Of a DNA stretch of 14,174 nt, positions 8,401 to 14,174 are shown one piece after another. Source of the stretch: an uncultured archaeon. GTDB taxonomy: Archaea; Aenigmatarchaeota; Aenigmatarchaeia; CG10238-14. The notes under the pieces are model-generated. The model saw only the letters and a list, made by a program, of their open reading frames with translations. It ran no database searches and was not told where the DNA came from. Numbering within the stretch: the first letter of the stretch is position 1; the number at the start of each line of letters is the position of its first letter. A program made the translations under genes and the position numbers. The stretch covers positions 1 to 14,174 of the forward strand of contig CAYMPD010000026.1 in NCBI GenBank assembly GCA_964392445.1. Reading direction: 5' to 3'.

Positions 8401-9954
8401 CTAAACTGTGCTGGAAATTGTATAATTACTTCTACAAATTGTCCCGCTACTACTACTACAACAACAACAACCACCACGACTACTATTCCCAACCATGGTT
8501 TATTAGTATTTGTCTCCTCTCAAAAATATCAAGGTTCTAACTTAGGCGGTTTAACAGATGCTAGTGCTAAATGTCAAAATATGGCCGATAATGCGGGCCT
8601 ATCCACAAGATACTTCAAAGCGTGGTTATCTGACTGGGAAACAGATGCTAGGGATAGATTTATAACTCGAGGACTTCCCTATTATCGATTAGATATAGTT
8701 AAAGTAGCTGATGATTTCTCAGATTTAACTGATAGAAATATAGATAATCCTATTAATGTTAATGAAACTGGGAATTTAATAACATACAAACCTTATAATG
8801 TTTGGACAGGGACCAATGAAACTGGTATTGAAAATGTTACTTGTGGAACCACTGGTAACTGGTCCACTGGATCGGAAACAGATATAGGGACAAGTGGATC
8901 CATATTACATACAACTTATAACTGGACTTACAATTACACCTTCAAATGTACAAATGAATCTAGAATTTATTGTATTGAGGATACAGCATGTGGTAATGGT
9001 ATTATAAATGTGGGAGAGCAATGTGACGGATCAGAATGGGGGCCGATAACTGGCTGTCAAGATTTTGATGATTTTACTGGAGGGACATTATCATGTACAT
9101 CTTTTTGTAAATTTAACACCACATTATGTGAAAAATTGGACAGTGTTTGTGGAGATGGGGTTATAGATCAGGGTGAGACATGTGACGGTTCTAATTGGGG
9201 GCCGATAACTGGCTGTCAAGATTTTGATGATTTTACTGGAGGGATATTAAGTTGTTATCCTGCAGGAGATGAGTCTGAATGTAGGTTTAATACTTCAGGA
9301 TGTGAAGGTGGACCTACGGGAGTTTGTGGAGATGGGGTTATAGATCAGGGTGAGACATGTGACGGTTCTAATTGGGGGCCGATAAATAATTGTACTGATT
9401 TTGATGATTTTACTGGAGGGATATTGACATGTGGAGAGGATTGTAAGTTTAACAGTTCTTTCTGTTTTAATTGTGGAGATGGAGTTATAGATGCGGGAGA
9501 ACAATGTGACGGGTCAGAATGGGGGCCGATAACTGGCTGTCAAAATTTTGATGATTTTACTGGAGGGATATTAAGTTGTTATTCTGTAGGACATGAATAT
9601 GAATGTTTGTTTGACACCTCATCTTGTGAAGGTGGTGCTTCAAAGGATTGTGGAGATGGTATATTACAAAATTCTGAGGAATGCGACTATCTTAGATCCA
9701 ACCCGGATTCTCCCTGTGAAACTTATGAATATTGTAATAATACCTGTAATTGTTATGATTTTAGAAATGATGCTAGTGGGTGTAACTACTATGATTACTG
9801 TGAAGATGGTCATGCGCCAGAGGATCCAAGTACATTATGTTCATCTGATTGGGATGCTTATTGTTATTCCGTAACGGATCCAATAGGTATTCAGGATATT
9901 TGCTCAGATTCAAGTTATTGGAATCATACCTTAGCAACATGCCCAGAAGGGTGA
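5416..9954 (+). CDS. Giant secreted cysteine-rich surface protein (1512 aa) with poly-Thr linkers, a DUF1554/endostatin-like domain and CGDG (Myxococcus Cys-rich/DUF4215-like) repeats
   Basis: N-terminal signal peptide. 64 Cys in the first 461 aa by manual count. Three poly-Thr tracts. Ig/IPT-like segment LSLTPESGPLG. DSDGG module. VFVSS...GGLTDASAKCQ...KAWLSD...VWTGT...IYCIE domain. Five CGDG...GE.CDG repeats. No C-terminal TM. Confidence 0.85.
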   Translation: MFNLNYKKLTFFVSLFIFLIILTGLVYSACGSHWVVKIKVWVEGGPSNTCTVDNEGTSPICSVSYSTPGEHTGRAESYDRADKVCSSASTSFEICPPRCSYQETSQSAIDTYCEAIGFSCDYGYVNPMTCYSGETCPSWKNYGLDCNPPYCNCECCECDGEVNLCTNNCDVDCGAESACDEKSPGENIGYCNKGGCSAIHDKCDSNCNVVDRSDMTCRKTGVSDCTGAAVCDLVTSGDDIPYCDKGGETYFGDKCQDCTCQPVDRGDNICRSSGSLGSSDGCTAHSECNGKSPGDAWEGNIWIYDACKWCDSSCGLDYELKTNVNNYYTSGSTCYYNCDLVCREGGYVRENCDSCNTGECCECSSSGCSPDNTQCDGDCKSDCSCETCYDVCLNEGYFGAFCSSDSNFCSNFPLCLWGYCYYDCFRQSNSYDCGDYCYCYNYEECDCDTMNCVDGSGCIAATTTTTTTTTTTTTTTTTTTTTTTTTTTTTTTTICECSVDSDCDSTCYCSSVYECSCYLSSTCDGCNCVSGNTYFCDNSCTDLCDSGQCSECACVPTTTTTTTTTTTTTIQSILSLTPESGPLGYTVTADVPDDSYKVCDYQGCSGSNCDGTLIRTGDGTFSAPSAVGTYEYYACPGEGYDSITVNCGSNCEPNHCVSPDCICPFGEGDCDVNDDCNPGLICGIDIGDDPLFGCSDIPEGTVDVCVECTDHSDCLGTEGIDICCLNDQITKDVCESSGKYRCLTNCTADNNCTQCACDASDSDGGIDYSNQGICTDFKGCNLTLAVDDCLPTDSFTDYCLKTAPNCTIDGCTCGYNVTGGDTCIDESWDMFGGETIYGDCCYCCQCCYCENFITGDRVTCGEDGSCPVGYNSIRDKCLDDGTCLDDPSKPYNNIKSSCNQDGTCPSIDDELNITYESQCGEYVFEHFVSGSGDDAYCPNETDQSYNCLEYGSNCYCQNGACGCPTPGDYENCESCTNSGYEWCDNPGTCSNDCTPLNCAGNCIITSTNCPATTTTTTTTTTTTIPNHGLLVFVSSQKYQGSNLGGLTDASAKCQNMADNAGLSTRYFKAWLSDWETDARDRFITRGLPYYRLDIVKVADDFSDLTDRNIDNPINVNETGNLITYKPYNVWTGTNETGIENVTCGTTGNWSTGSETDIGTSGSILHTTYNWTYNYTFKCTNESRIYCIEDTACGNGIINVGEQCDGSEWGPITGCQDFDDFTGGTLSCTSFCKFNTTLCEKLDSVCGDGVIDQGETCDGSNWGPITGCQDFDDFTGGILSCYPAGDESECRFNTSGCEGGPTGVCGDGVIDQGETCDGSNWGPINNCTDFDDFTGGILTCGEDCKFNSSFCFNCGDGVIDAGEQCDGSEWGPITGCQNFDDFTGGILSCYSVGHEYECLFDTSSCEGGASKDCGDGILQNSEECDYLRSNPDSPCETYEYCNNTCNCYDFRNDASGCNYYDYCEDGHAPEDPSTLCSSDWDAYCYSVTDPIGIQDICSDSSYWNHTLATCPEG
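5932..6300 (+). repeat. Internal Cys-rich protein repeat, about 2.3 copies of 52-57 aa
   Basis: Units start at 5932 (CGAESACDEKSPG...YCNKGG...DKC...DRSDMTCR), 6088 (CTGAAVC...SGDDIPYCDKGG...DKC...DRGDNICR) and 6259 (CTAHSECNGKSPGD). Confidence 0.65.
6799..6894 (+). repeat. Poly-Thr tract, 32 codons (ACN)n
   Basis: Read directly from the sequence; ACA, ACT, ACG and ACC are mixed. Confidence 0.95.
7084..7122 (+). repeat. Poly-Thr tract, 13 codons
   Basis: Read directly from the sequence. Confidence 0.95.
8449..8484 (+). repeat. Poly-Thr tract, 12 codons
   Basis: Read directly from the sequence. Confidence 0.95.
8500..8979 (+). other. DUF1554/endostatin-like (C-type-lectin-related fold) domain inside the giant protein
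   Basis: LVFVSSQKYQGSNLGGLTDASAKCQNMADNAGL...FKAWLSD...PYYRLD..KVADDFSDL...PINVNETG...VWTGT...C..W...G..G......W......C....RIYCIE matches the consensus as I know it. Confidence 0.7.
8989..9720 (+). repeat. Tandem CGDG/CGNG cysteine-rich repeats: four full units and a degenerate fifth
   Basis: Units start at 8989, 9148, 9325, 9472 and 9649 (53, 59, 49 and 59 aa). Perfect DNA duplications: 9145-9208 = 9322-9385 (64 bp) and 9037-9085 = 9196-9244 (49 bp). Confidence 0.9.
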
Positions 9955-9958
9955 TAAA

Positions 9959-10426
9959 ATGAAAATAAAAAAAATAGGTAAATTAATTTTTTTGGTGGTA
10001 TTACTAAATATAAGCTTTGCTCAAGAAGCACAAATAAACATCAATAAAAAAGGTTTGGGTGAAAATCCCCAAGAGATGTATTTTACAATCCACAATACCG
10101 GAGAAATAGACATCACTAATGTTAAGATATCTATTGACGGAAAAAAAGTTAAAACAATTCAAAGCAAAACCTCACCAAACAAAGGTTTTGAGGTCTCGTT
10201 TTTATTAAAACCAGGGGAACATTTAATAGAAGCGGAAACTCCAGAGGGGGCATATGATTCTTTAAAAGTAACTATATCCCCAGTTAGAAAAAAGGATAGT
10301 GCAAAATCCGAAAAAGATTTAGTAAAATCATTTACGGAAACAATTGACTTTAAAGCACTCCTAATCTTTGGAATAGTATCACTGGTAATAGTATGGTTAA
10401 TAATGAAAAAACCAAAATTGGATTAG
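9959..10426 (+). CDS. Secreted CARDB/Ig-like domain protein with a C-terminal TM anchor
   Basis: Signal peptide ending ISFA. FTIHNTGEIDITNVKISIDGK...LKPGEHLIEA is CARDB-like. C-terminal TM LLIFGIVSLVIVWLIM followed by KKPK. Confidence 0.7.
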   Translation: MKIKKIGKLIFLVVLLNISFAQEAQININKKGLGENPQEMYFTIHNTGEIDITNVKISIDGKKVKTIQSKTSPNKGFEVSFLLKPGEHLIEAETPEGAYDSLKVTISPVRKKDSAKSEKDLVKSFTETIDFKALLIFGIVSLVIVWLIMKKPKLD

Positions 10427-10779
10427 TAATCCTGATATTTATCATCTTAACCTTTGTTGTCATTACTCTCCGAAATAAAAGTATGACTGTAAATGTAATA
10501 TATCTTAGGAAATCAAGTTGTATTATAATCAACCAAACAGATAGGATAATGGAAGAATTTGAAGATAAATTCGGAAGTGAATTATCAATAAAAACTGTGG
10601 ATCTAGACCATGAACAAAACATCACAAAAGAAGATAGAGATATGATAAATAAATATCAAATTATAGGAATACCATTAATAATCATTAATGGGAAAGAATA
10701 TAGGAAAGGTTTCACAGAAAAGAATATAAAAAGGGAGATTTGTAGAAGTTTCCTGATTAAACCCGAGGAATGTAAATGA
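10393..10779 (+). CDS. Membrane-anchored thioredoxin/glutaredoxin-fold protein with one active-site Cys
   Basis: N-terminal TM. VNVIYLRKSSCIII sits at the CxxC position. KYQIIGIPLIIING carries the cis-Pro motif. C-terminal IC...EEC pair. Confidence 0.65.
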   Translation: MVNNEKTKIGLVILIFIILTFVVITLRNKSMTVNVIYLRKSSCIIINQTDRIMEEFEDKFGSELSIKTVDLDHEQNITKEDRDMINKYQIIGIPLIIINGKEYRKGFTEKNIKREICRSFLIKPEECK

Positions 10780-11342
10780 AAAAGATGGTTTTTGCTTTAA
10801 TTTTTTCACTCTTCTTAATTAGAGGCATTAATGCTGGTTTCTGTTGTAAAGATCCAAATACAGGTCAGGAAAAATGTTGGGATTATGGAGAATGTTGTAA
10901 TGGGTTTTGGTACATATCTTGTCACGATTTTACTATTAGTGTTTCTGGTCCTAATGTTTTTCGCGTGGGACAAAAAACTCCTGTGACGGTTTACATCGAA
11001 AATACCGGAGCCTATTCAGATAGTTATACATTAACTTATGAGGTCAGAGACTGTAACCCAGATTTAGTTCAGGTGGATATGACGGGCGCGGATCAGATAA
11101 CAAATCTTGGTCCTGGAGAGATCGGGAAAGTATATCCTAGAATAACCGTCCTTGCAAGTACTGTTACTGGAACTGTTAGATTTAATGCAACATCAACAAA
11201 ACCAGAAACAAAATACGATGATTTGCTTATCTTGGAATCAGATGTTTATCTTAGTCTTCCAGAATTTTCTGGTATTTATTTCATTCAATTAAGTCTTTTG
11301 ATAGGAATTATTTATTTTCTCAAAACTCGAAATTATTTTTGA
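10776..11342 (+). CDS. Secreted Ig-like protein with a PEF-CTERM-type sorting signal
   Basis: Signal peptide. Small Cys-rich N-terminal module (CC..C..CC..C). VYIENTGAYSDSYTL. LPEF (11256-11267) followed by a TM and a basic tail KTR. ATGA-coupled to the upstream gene. Confidence 0.7.
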   Translation: MKKMVFALIFSLFLIRGINAGFCCKDPNTGQEKCWDYGECCNGFWYISCHDFTISVSGPNVFRVGQKTPVTVYIENTGAYSDSYTLTYEVRDCNPDLVQVDMTGADQITNLGPGEIGKVYPRITVLASTVTGTVRFNATSTKPETKYDDLLILESDVYLSLPEFSGIYFIQLSLLIGIIYFLKTRNYF

Positions 11343-11346
11343 TAGA

Positions 11347-11874
11347 ATGAAGAAGATGAGATATTTTTTAATTATACTTTTAATGTGGAGTTTTAGTTTT
11401 GAGGTAGTTTACTCTCAACTCTACAACTTCAAAACATGGTCTGAAAGGAAGGGTATATTCACGATCGGTGTTCCATCACCATTTTTGATTTACGTCCAAA
11501 ATATAGGAAATACAGCAGATAATTACACAATAACATACGACGTTGATTATAACCCATCTGGGGATGATTTATCACATCTTATCGACATCCATCTGGTGTC
11601 AAATAGAATAGAAAATCTTGAGGCTAATCGAACTAGAGATACTCAAGGAGCAATAACACTTTTAGGTCCAGTTTTTAACCCCCCCAACGCTAACATAACG
11701 TTTAACGTCACTTCGGAGAATAGTGGAAATCTGAACCAAACATCAATTGAAATTTCTGGTGGAGCTTCTGGAGGATTTCTAAAAACGCTTCCAGAATTTG
11801 GGTTAATAGGCTTTTTAGAATTATTTCTACTTATATGTCTAGTGATATTTTATCGTCCTAAAATAGTTTTTTAA
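11347..11874 (+). CDS. Secreted Ig-like protein with a PEF-CTERM-type sorting signal; paralog of the upstream gene
   Basis: Signal peptide. IYVQNIGNTADNYTITY and FNVTS align with VYIENTGAYSDSYTLTY and FNATS in the upstream gene. LPEFG (from 11788) followed by a TM and RPK. Confidence 0.7.
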   Translation: MKKMRYFLIILLMWSFSFEVVYSQLYNFKTWSERKGIFTIGVPSPFLIYVQNIGNTADNYTITYDVDYNPSGDDLSHLIDIHLVSNRIENLEANRTRDTQGAITLLGPVFNPPNANITFNVTSENSGNLNQTSIEISGGASGGFLKTLPEFGLIGFLELFLLICLVIFYRPKIVF

Positions 11875-11911
11875 GGACGTCATGTTAATTTTTAATAGGG
11901 AGGATTCTTAA

Positions 11912-12118
11912 TTGTCCTCAGGGGGGTTGTCTGATATGAAATACTGTGAAAATTGTAAGAAGGAATTTTCTGATGTCGCCACTAAATGTTCTAAATGTGG
12001 GGGAGAATTGATTGATATTGTAGATGATGAAATAAAACTGACCGGAGAGGAGGAAGAAAAAAAGGAATATCTTGTTTTAGATGAGTACAACTATAAAGAT
12101 AGGTTCCGGGATTGGTAG
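11912..12118 (+). CDS. Small zinc-ribbon protein with an acidic tail; start is TTG 11912 or ATG 11936
   Basis: CENC-x10-CSKC. GGGAGG lies 8 nt upstream of the TTG. Confidence 0.6.
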   Translation: MSSGGLSDMKYCENCKKEFSDVATKCSKCGGELIDIVDDEIKLTGEEEEKKEYLVLDEYNYKDRFRDW

Positions 12119-12143
12119 GTTAGTGATACGCCAAATAGTTTTT

Positions 12144-12416
12144 CTAGTAATATTTTATTCCCTTCATCTCTGCTAGTGTTTTTTCAATGTTCTTAATCCT
12201 TTCCGTCATGGTTCTGTTTTGTATCTTGATGTTGTCTAACTCTGTCAGTATTAAATCTAGTCTTGCTTTGAGATTGTCCATGTGGATTCTTTCTTCTTGG
12301 TCTTTTGACTTTTTTTCTTCTGGGATTGGGGGTAGTTTCTTTGATAAATTATCCAAGTCCGAAATATCTCGTCTTTTTCTCTTTTTCCTTCCAAATATTT
12401 TTTTGAAAATGTTCAT
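12144..12416 (-). CDS. Hypothetical protein with a C-terminal coiled coil
   Basis: Heptad pattern LKARLDLILTELDNIKIQNRTMTERIKNIEKTL. GAGGA SD. ATGA overlap with the upstream gene. Confidence 0.7.
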   Translation of the reverse strand: MNIFKKIFGRKKRKRRDISDLDNLSKKLPPIPEEKKSKDQEERIHMDNLKARLDLILTELDNIKIQNRTMTERIKNIEKTLAEMKGIKYY

Positions 12417-12943
12417 ACTATCCTCTTCTCATCTGTTGGTGTTATGTTTAATAATTCTTGATATTTTCTTTTCATATCTTCTATTTTTTGTCTGCACCAG
12501 AAGTCCAAGTATTTCTTTCTCTGTTTCTGGTGAAAGTATCTGTCATAAAACCAATAAAAAGCTCTTGCAATTGGGTTATTTATATCCTCAAAAATAGTAG
12601 AGCCACCATATGAAGTTTTAAGAACTCCACCAATTGATATTTTAACCCAACCTTCTTTATTAGGATCAGAGGGTTGAACACCCTGAATTACCACTTCTAT
12701 TATTACTGTACTAAAACGATCTAAGCCCTTATCAACATAGGCATTTAAGTAGAATCCTCTTGGATCCTCATCCGGGTTGTATCTGAATTGTCTCTCCCAA
12801 TAGTCCTTCTTTTCAACCTCCCAAAGCTCTCTTAAAAAATCTGGAGTTTTTTGTACAGCCCTAAAAGGATTAGGTCCTTTAAAGTTAATCCTAAGGGTAC
12901 CAAAAGGAACTAAACAATCTTGCTCTAATGTCATCTTAGCCAA
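12413..12943 (-). CDS. Hypothetical protein, GPNP-motif paralog 2
   Basis: TTG start with AGGTGA SD overlapping the upstream stop. Aligns over its full length with 12954..13487. Confidence 0.75.
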   Translation of the reverse strand: MAKMTLEQDCLVPFGTLRINFKGPNPFRAVQKTPDFLRELWEVEKKDYWERQFRYNPDEDPRGFYLNAYVDKGLDRFSTVIIEVVIQGVQPSDPNKEGWVKISIGGVLKTSYGGSTIFEDINNPIARAFYWFYDRYFHQKQRKKYLDFWCRQKIEDMKRKYQELLNITPTDEKRIV

Positions 12944-12953
12944 GTTAATTCAC

Positions 12954-13487
12954 CTATTCTTTGGGTATTAAATTAAAGAAAGCCTTCATTTCATTAGTAA
13001 AATTAGTCATTATTTCTCTACACTTATCTATGTATTTCTCTCTTTTATCCTGGTAAAAAACCTTATGCCAAAATGTTCTTGCTATCTCATAAAAAATTGA
13101 TCTTTCCCAGAGATTATCTTGAGGATATTCAGTTCTTAGAACTCCAGCTACCTCTATATGAATTTTACCTTCTTTTCCATCCTGATTCTTTTCCATAAAA
13201 CCTTTCATCTTTACTTTAAGATAAAGATAAGAAAACCTATCCAAGTCCTTACTAATCTGCCACGAAACTGAAAATTCTTCTCTATTACCTTTTTTATTCC
13301 ATTTATAGTCCCTTTCCTGAACTCTCTCTGTCTCTTTTACACCAAAAATAGTCCAAAGACATTCCTTAATCTTATTATAAGCCAAATGTGGATTGGGTCC
13401 TTCATAATCTATATGCAATAAAGGCTCTCCTGCAAAATCAAAACAATCTTCTTGGAGTAAAAGTTTAGTTCTTGCGAATATCGGCAT
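12954..13487 (-). CDS. Hypothetical protein, GPNP-motif paralog 1
   Basis: ATG with GGTGA SD. Shares L.QDC/L.EDC, GPNP, ER, K.LDRFS, KEG...I...GVL.T, F.....Q..R.KY.D.C with its neighbour. Confidence 0.75.
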   Translation of the reverse strand: MPIFARTKLLLQEDCFDFAGEPLLHIDYEGPNPHLAYNKIKECLWTIFGVKETERVQERDYKWNKKGNREEFSVSWQISKDLDRFSYLYLKVKMKGFMEKNQDGKEGKIHIEVAGVLRTEYPQDNLWERSIFYEIARTFWHKVFYQDKREKYIDKCREIMTNFTNEMKAFFNLIPKE

Positions 13488-13573
13488 TATATCACCAATT
13501 AATTAAAATTATCTTTGTATTATTTGGTAATTTGGTATTATAAAATTGTGCTCTTTGACTCTATTAAGTGAAA

Positions 13574-13581
13574 TATATTAA
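13574..13581 (+). promoter_or_regulatory. Candidate TATA box for a leaderless transcript starting at ATG 13604
   Basis: TATATTAA at -30 to -23 relative to the ATG, with a purine-rich BRE-like stretch upstream. There is no SD before the ATG. Confidence 0.3.
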
Positions 13582-13603
13582 TTGAAATCTTCAAATTTAA
13601 TTT

Positions 13604-13771
13604 ATGTTATCTTTAATAAGCAAGATTTTCGGAGCTATATGCATTACAATAGGGGGGATATTACTTTTTTGTAGTTTCTTTCTTATTAAAAATCAAAATG
13701 TCTTCTTGGTATCTATTCTAGGAGGTCCCATACTAATCTATTTAGGGTTGAAATTACTAAATTATCTTTGA
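13604..13771 (+). CDS. Small two-TM membrane protein (55 aa), absent from the ORF track
   Basis: Manual translation: MLSLISKIFGAICITIGGILLFCSFFLIKNQNVFLVSILGGPILIYLGLKLLNYL*. Helical-hairpin hydropathy. Similar to the next ORF. Confidence 0.6.
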   Translation: MLSLISKIFGAICITIGGILLFCSFFLIKNQNVFLVSILGGPILIYLGLKLLNYL

Positions 13772-13776
13772 GATAA

Positions 13777-13941
13777 ATGTTACTACTTAGATTATTAGGA
13801 TGGGGTTCTATGATATTTGGTATTCTTACTATTGTGGCTTCTCCTTATACTCTACAAAACCAAGCTATGCCTATGCAAAGAGCTCAAATAATATTTGGAA
13901 TATTTTGTATAGGATTGGGTTTTCTCCTGATCAGTTTGTGA
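13777..13941 (+). CDS. Small two-TM membrane protein (54 aa), absent from the ORF track
   Basis: Manual translation: MLLLRLLGWGSMIFGILTIVASPYTLQNQAMPMQRAQIIFGIFCIGLGFLLISL*. Starts 5 nt after the previous stop. Confidence 0.6.
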   Translation: MLLLRLLGWGSMIFGILTIVASPYTLQNQAMPMQRAQIIFGIFCIGLGFLLISL

Positions 13942-13953
13942 TTTCTATCTATT

Positions 13954-14174
13954 TTAATCAGATATTTCATAACCCATTAATTCACTTAAAGCTCTAAAAG
14001 TCCCCCAAATAGACCCTCCTTTATTTATTATCTCATAAACCTCAAGATATAGAGGATCGGTCGTTCTATGGACAAATTGGGTTTCTAAGGACTTATGAGT
14101 TTCTCTCCAATTGTCGGAAGGACTAATTTGATTAACAACTCTAGCTACCCTAATCAACAGTCTTATTCCATATT
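13954..14174 (-). CDS. 3' end of a hypothetical protein that starts beyond the window
   Basis: The frame of the 13954..14157 ORF stays open to the window edge (...YGIRLLIRVARVVNQ...), so the TTG at 14157 is probably internal. Confidence 0.5.
   Translation of the reverse strand, partial: YGIRLLIRVARVVNQISPSDNWRETHKSLETQFVHRTTDPLYLEVYEIINKGGSIWGTFRALSELMGYEISD

Noticed and set aside
9037-9590. CRISPR array suggested by recurring tgggggccgataa...gattttgatgattttactggaggga
   Set aside because: The repeats are in-frame protein repeats with homologous, not unique, intervening sequence. No cas genes are present.
8500-9648. Diversity-generating retroelement: a C-type-lectin-like domain next to near-identical repeats
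   Set aside because: Differences between repeat copies are not confined to adenines of one copy, all copies are in-frame coding, and no reverse transcriptase is in the window.
5576-9874. Alternative-frame and antisense ORFs inside the giant gene (5576, 6008, 6128, 6488, 6593, 6875, 7360, 7765, 8147, 9295, 9593)
   Set aside because: They are fully nested in a well-supported CDS, and their biased composition follows from its codon usage.
10350-12597. ORFs 10350..10625 (-), 11908..12090 (-) and 12187..12597 (+)
   Set aside because: They are antisense shadows of better-supported genes that have SD sites or motifs.
13800-13997. 65 aa plus-strand ORF from the track
   Set aside because: The overlapping frame 13777..13941 gives a clean 2-TM protein with a tandem paralog. 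This ORF also overlaps the convergent gene at 13954.

Overview
AT-rich archaeal DNA, most likely from a DPANN lineage. This is inferred from GGTGA/GGAGG Shine-Dalgarno motifs, TTG/GTG starts, PEF-CTERM tails and DSDGG/CGDG cysteine repeats. The left end carries a minus-strand His-Xaa-Ser (Hxs)-type radical SAM cluster: two hxsD-like genes, hxsB, and a small precursor ORF missing from the ORF track. The precursor has a basic leader ending in FLLSEEG, a hydrophobic helix and an H-T-S motif, and it runs off the window edge. An A24 prepilin-type peptidase and a DUF364-like gene are transcribed divergently from the cluster, with only 43 bp between start codons. The centre is a roughly 7.3 kb run of secreted or membrane-anchored genes: a C2H2-TM-Ig protein, a 1512 aa Cys-rich poly-Thr surface protein with a DUF1554/endostatin-like domain, a single-Cys thioredoxin-fold protein and two PEF-CTERM paralogs. 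The right end has a zinc ribbon, a coiled-coil protein, a pair of unknown GPNP paralogs and two unannotated 2-TM microproteins. The leading hypothesis is an archaeal RiPP-like system in which a pilin-like, membrane-bound precursor is modified by a radical SAM enzyme and cut by a dedicated prepilin peptidase. All family calls come from motif recognition, not database searches.
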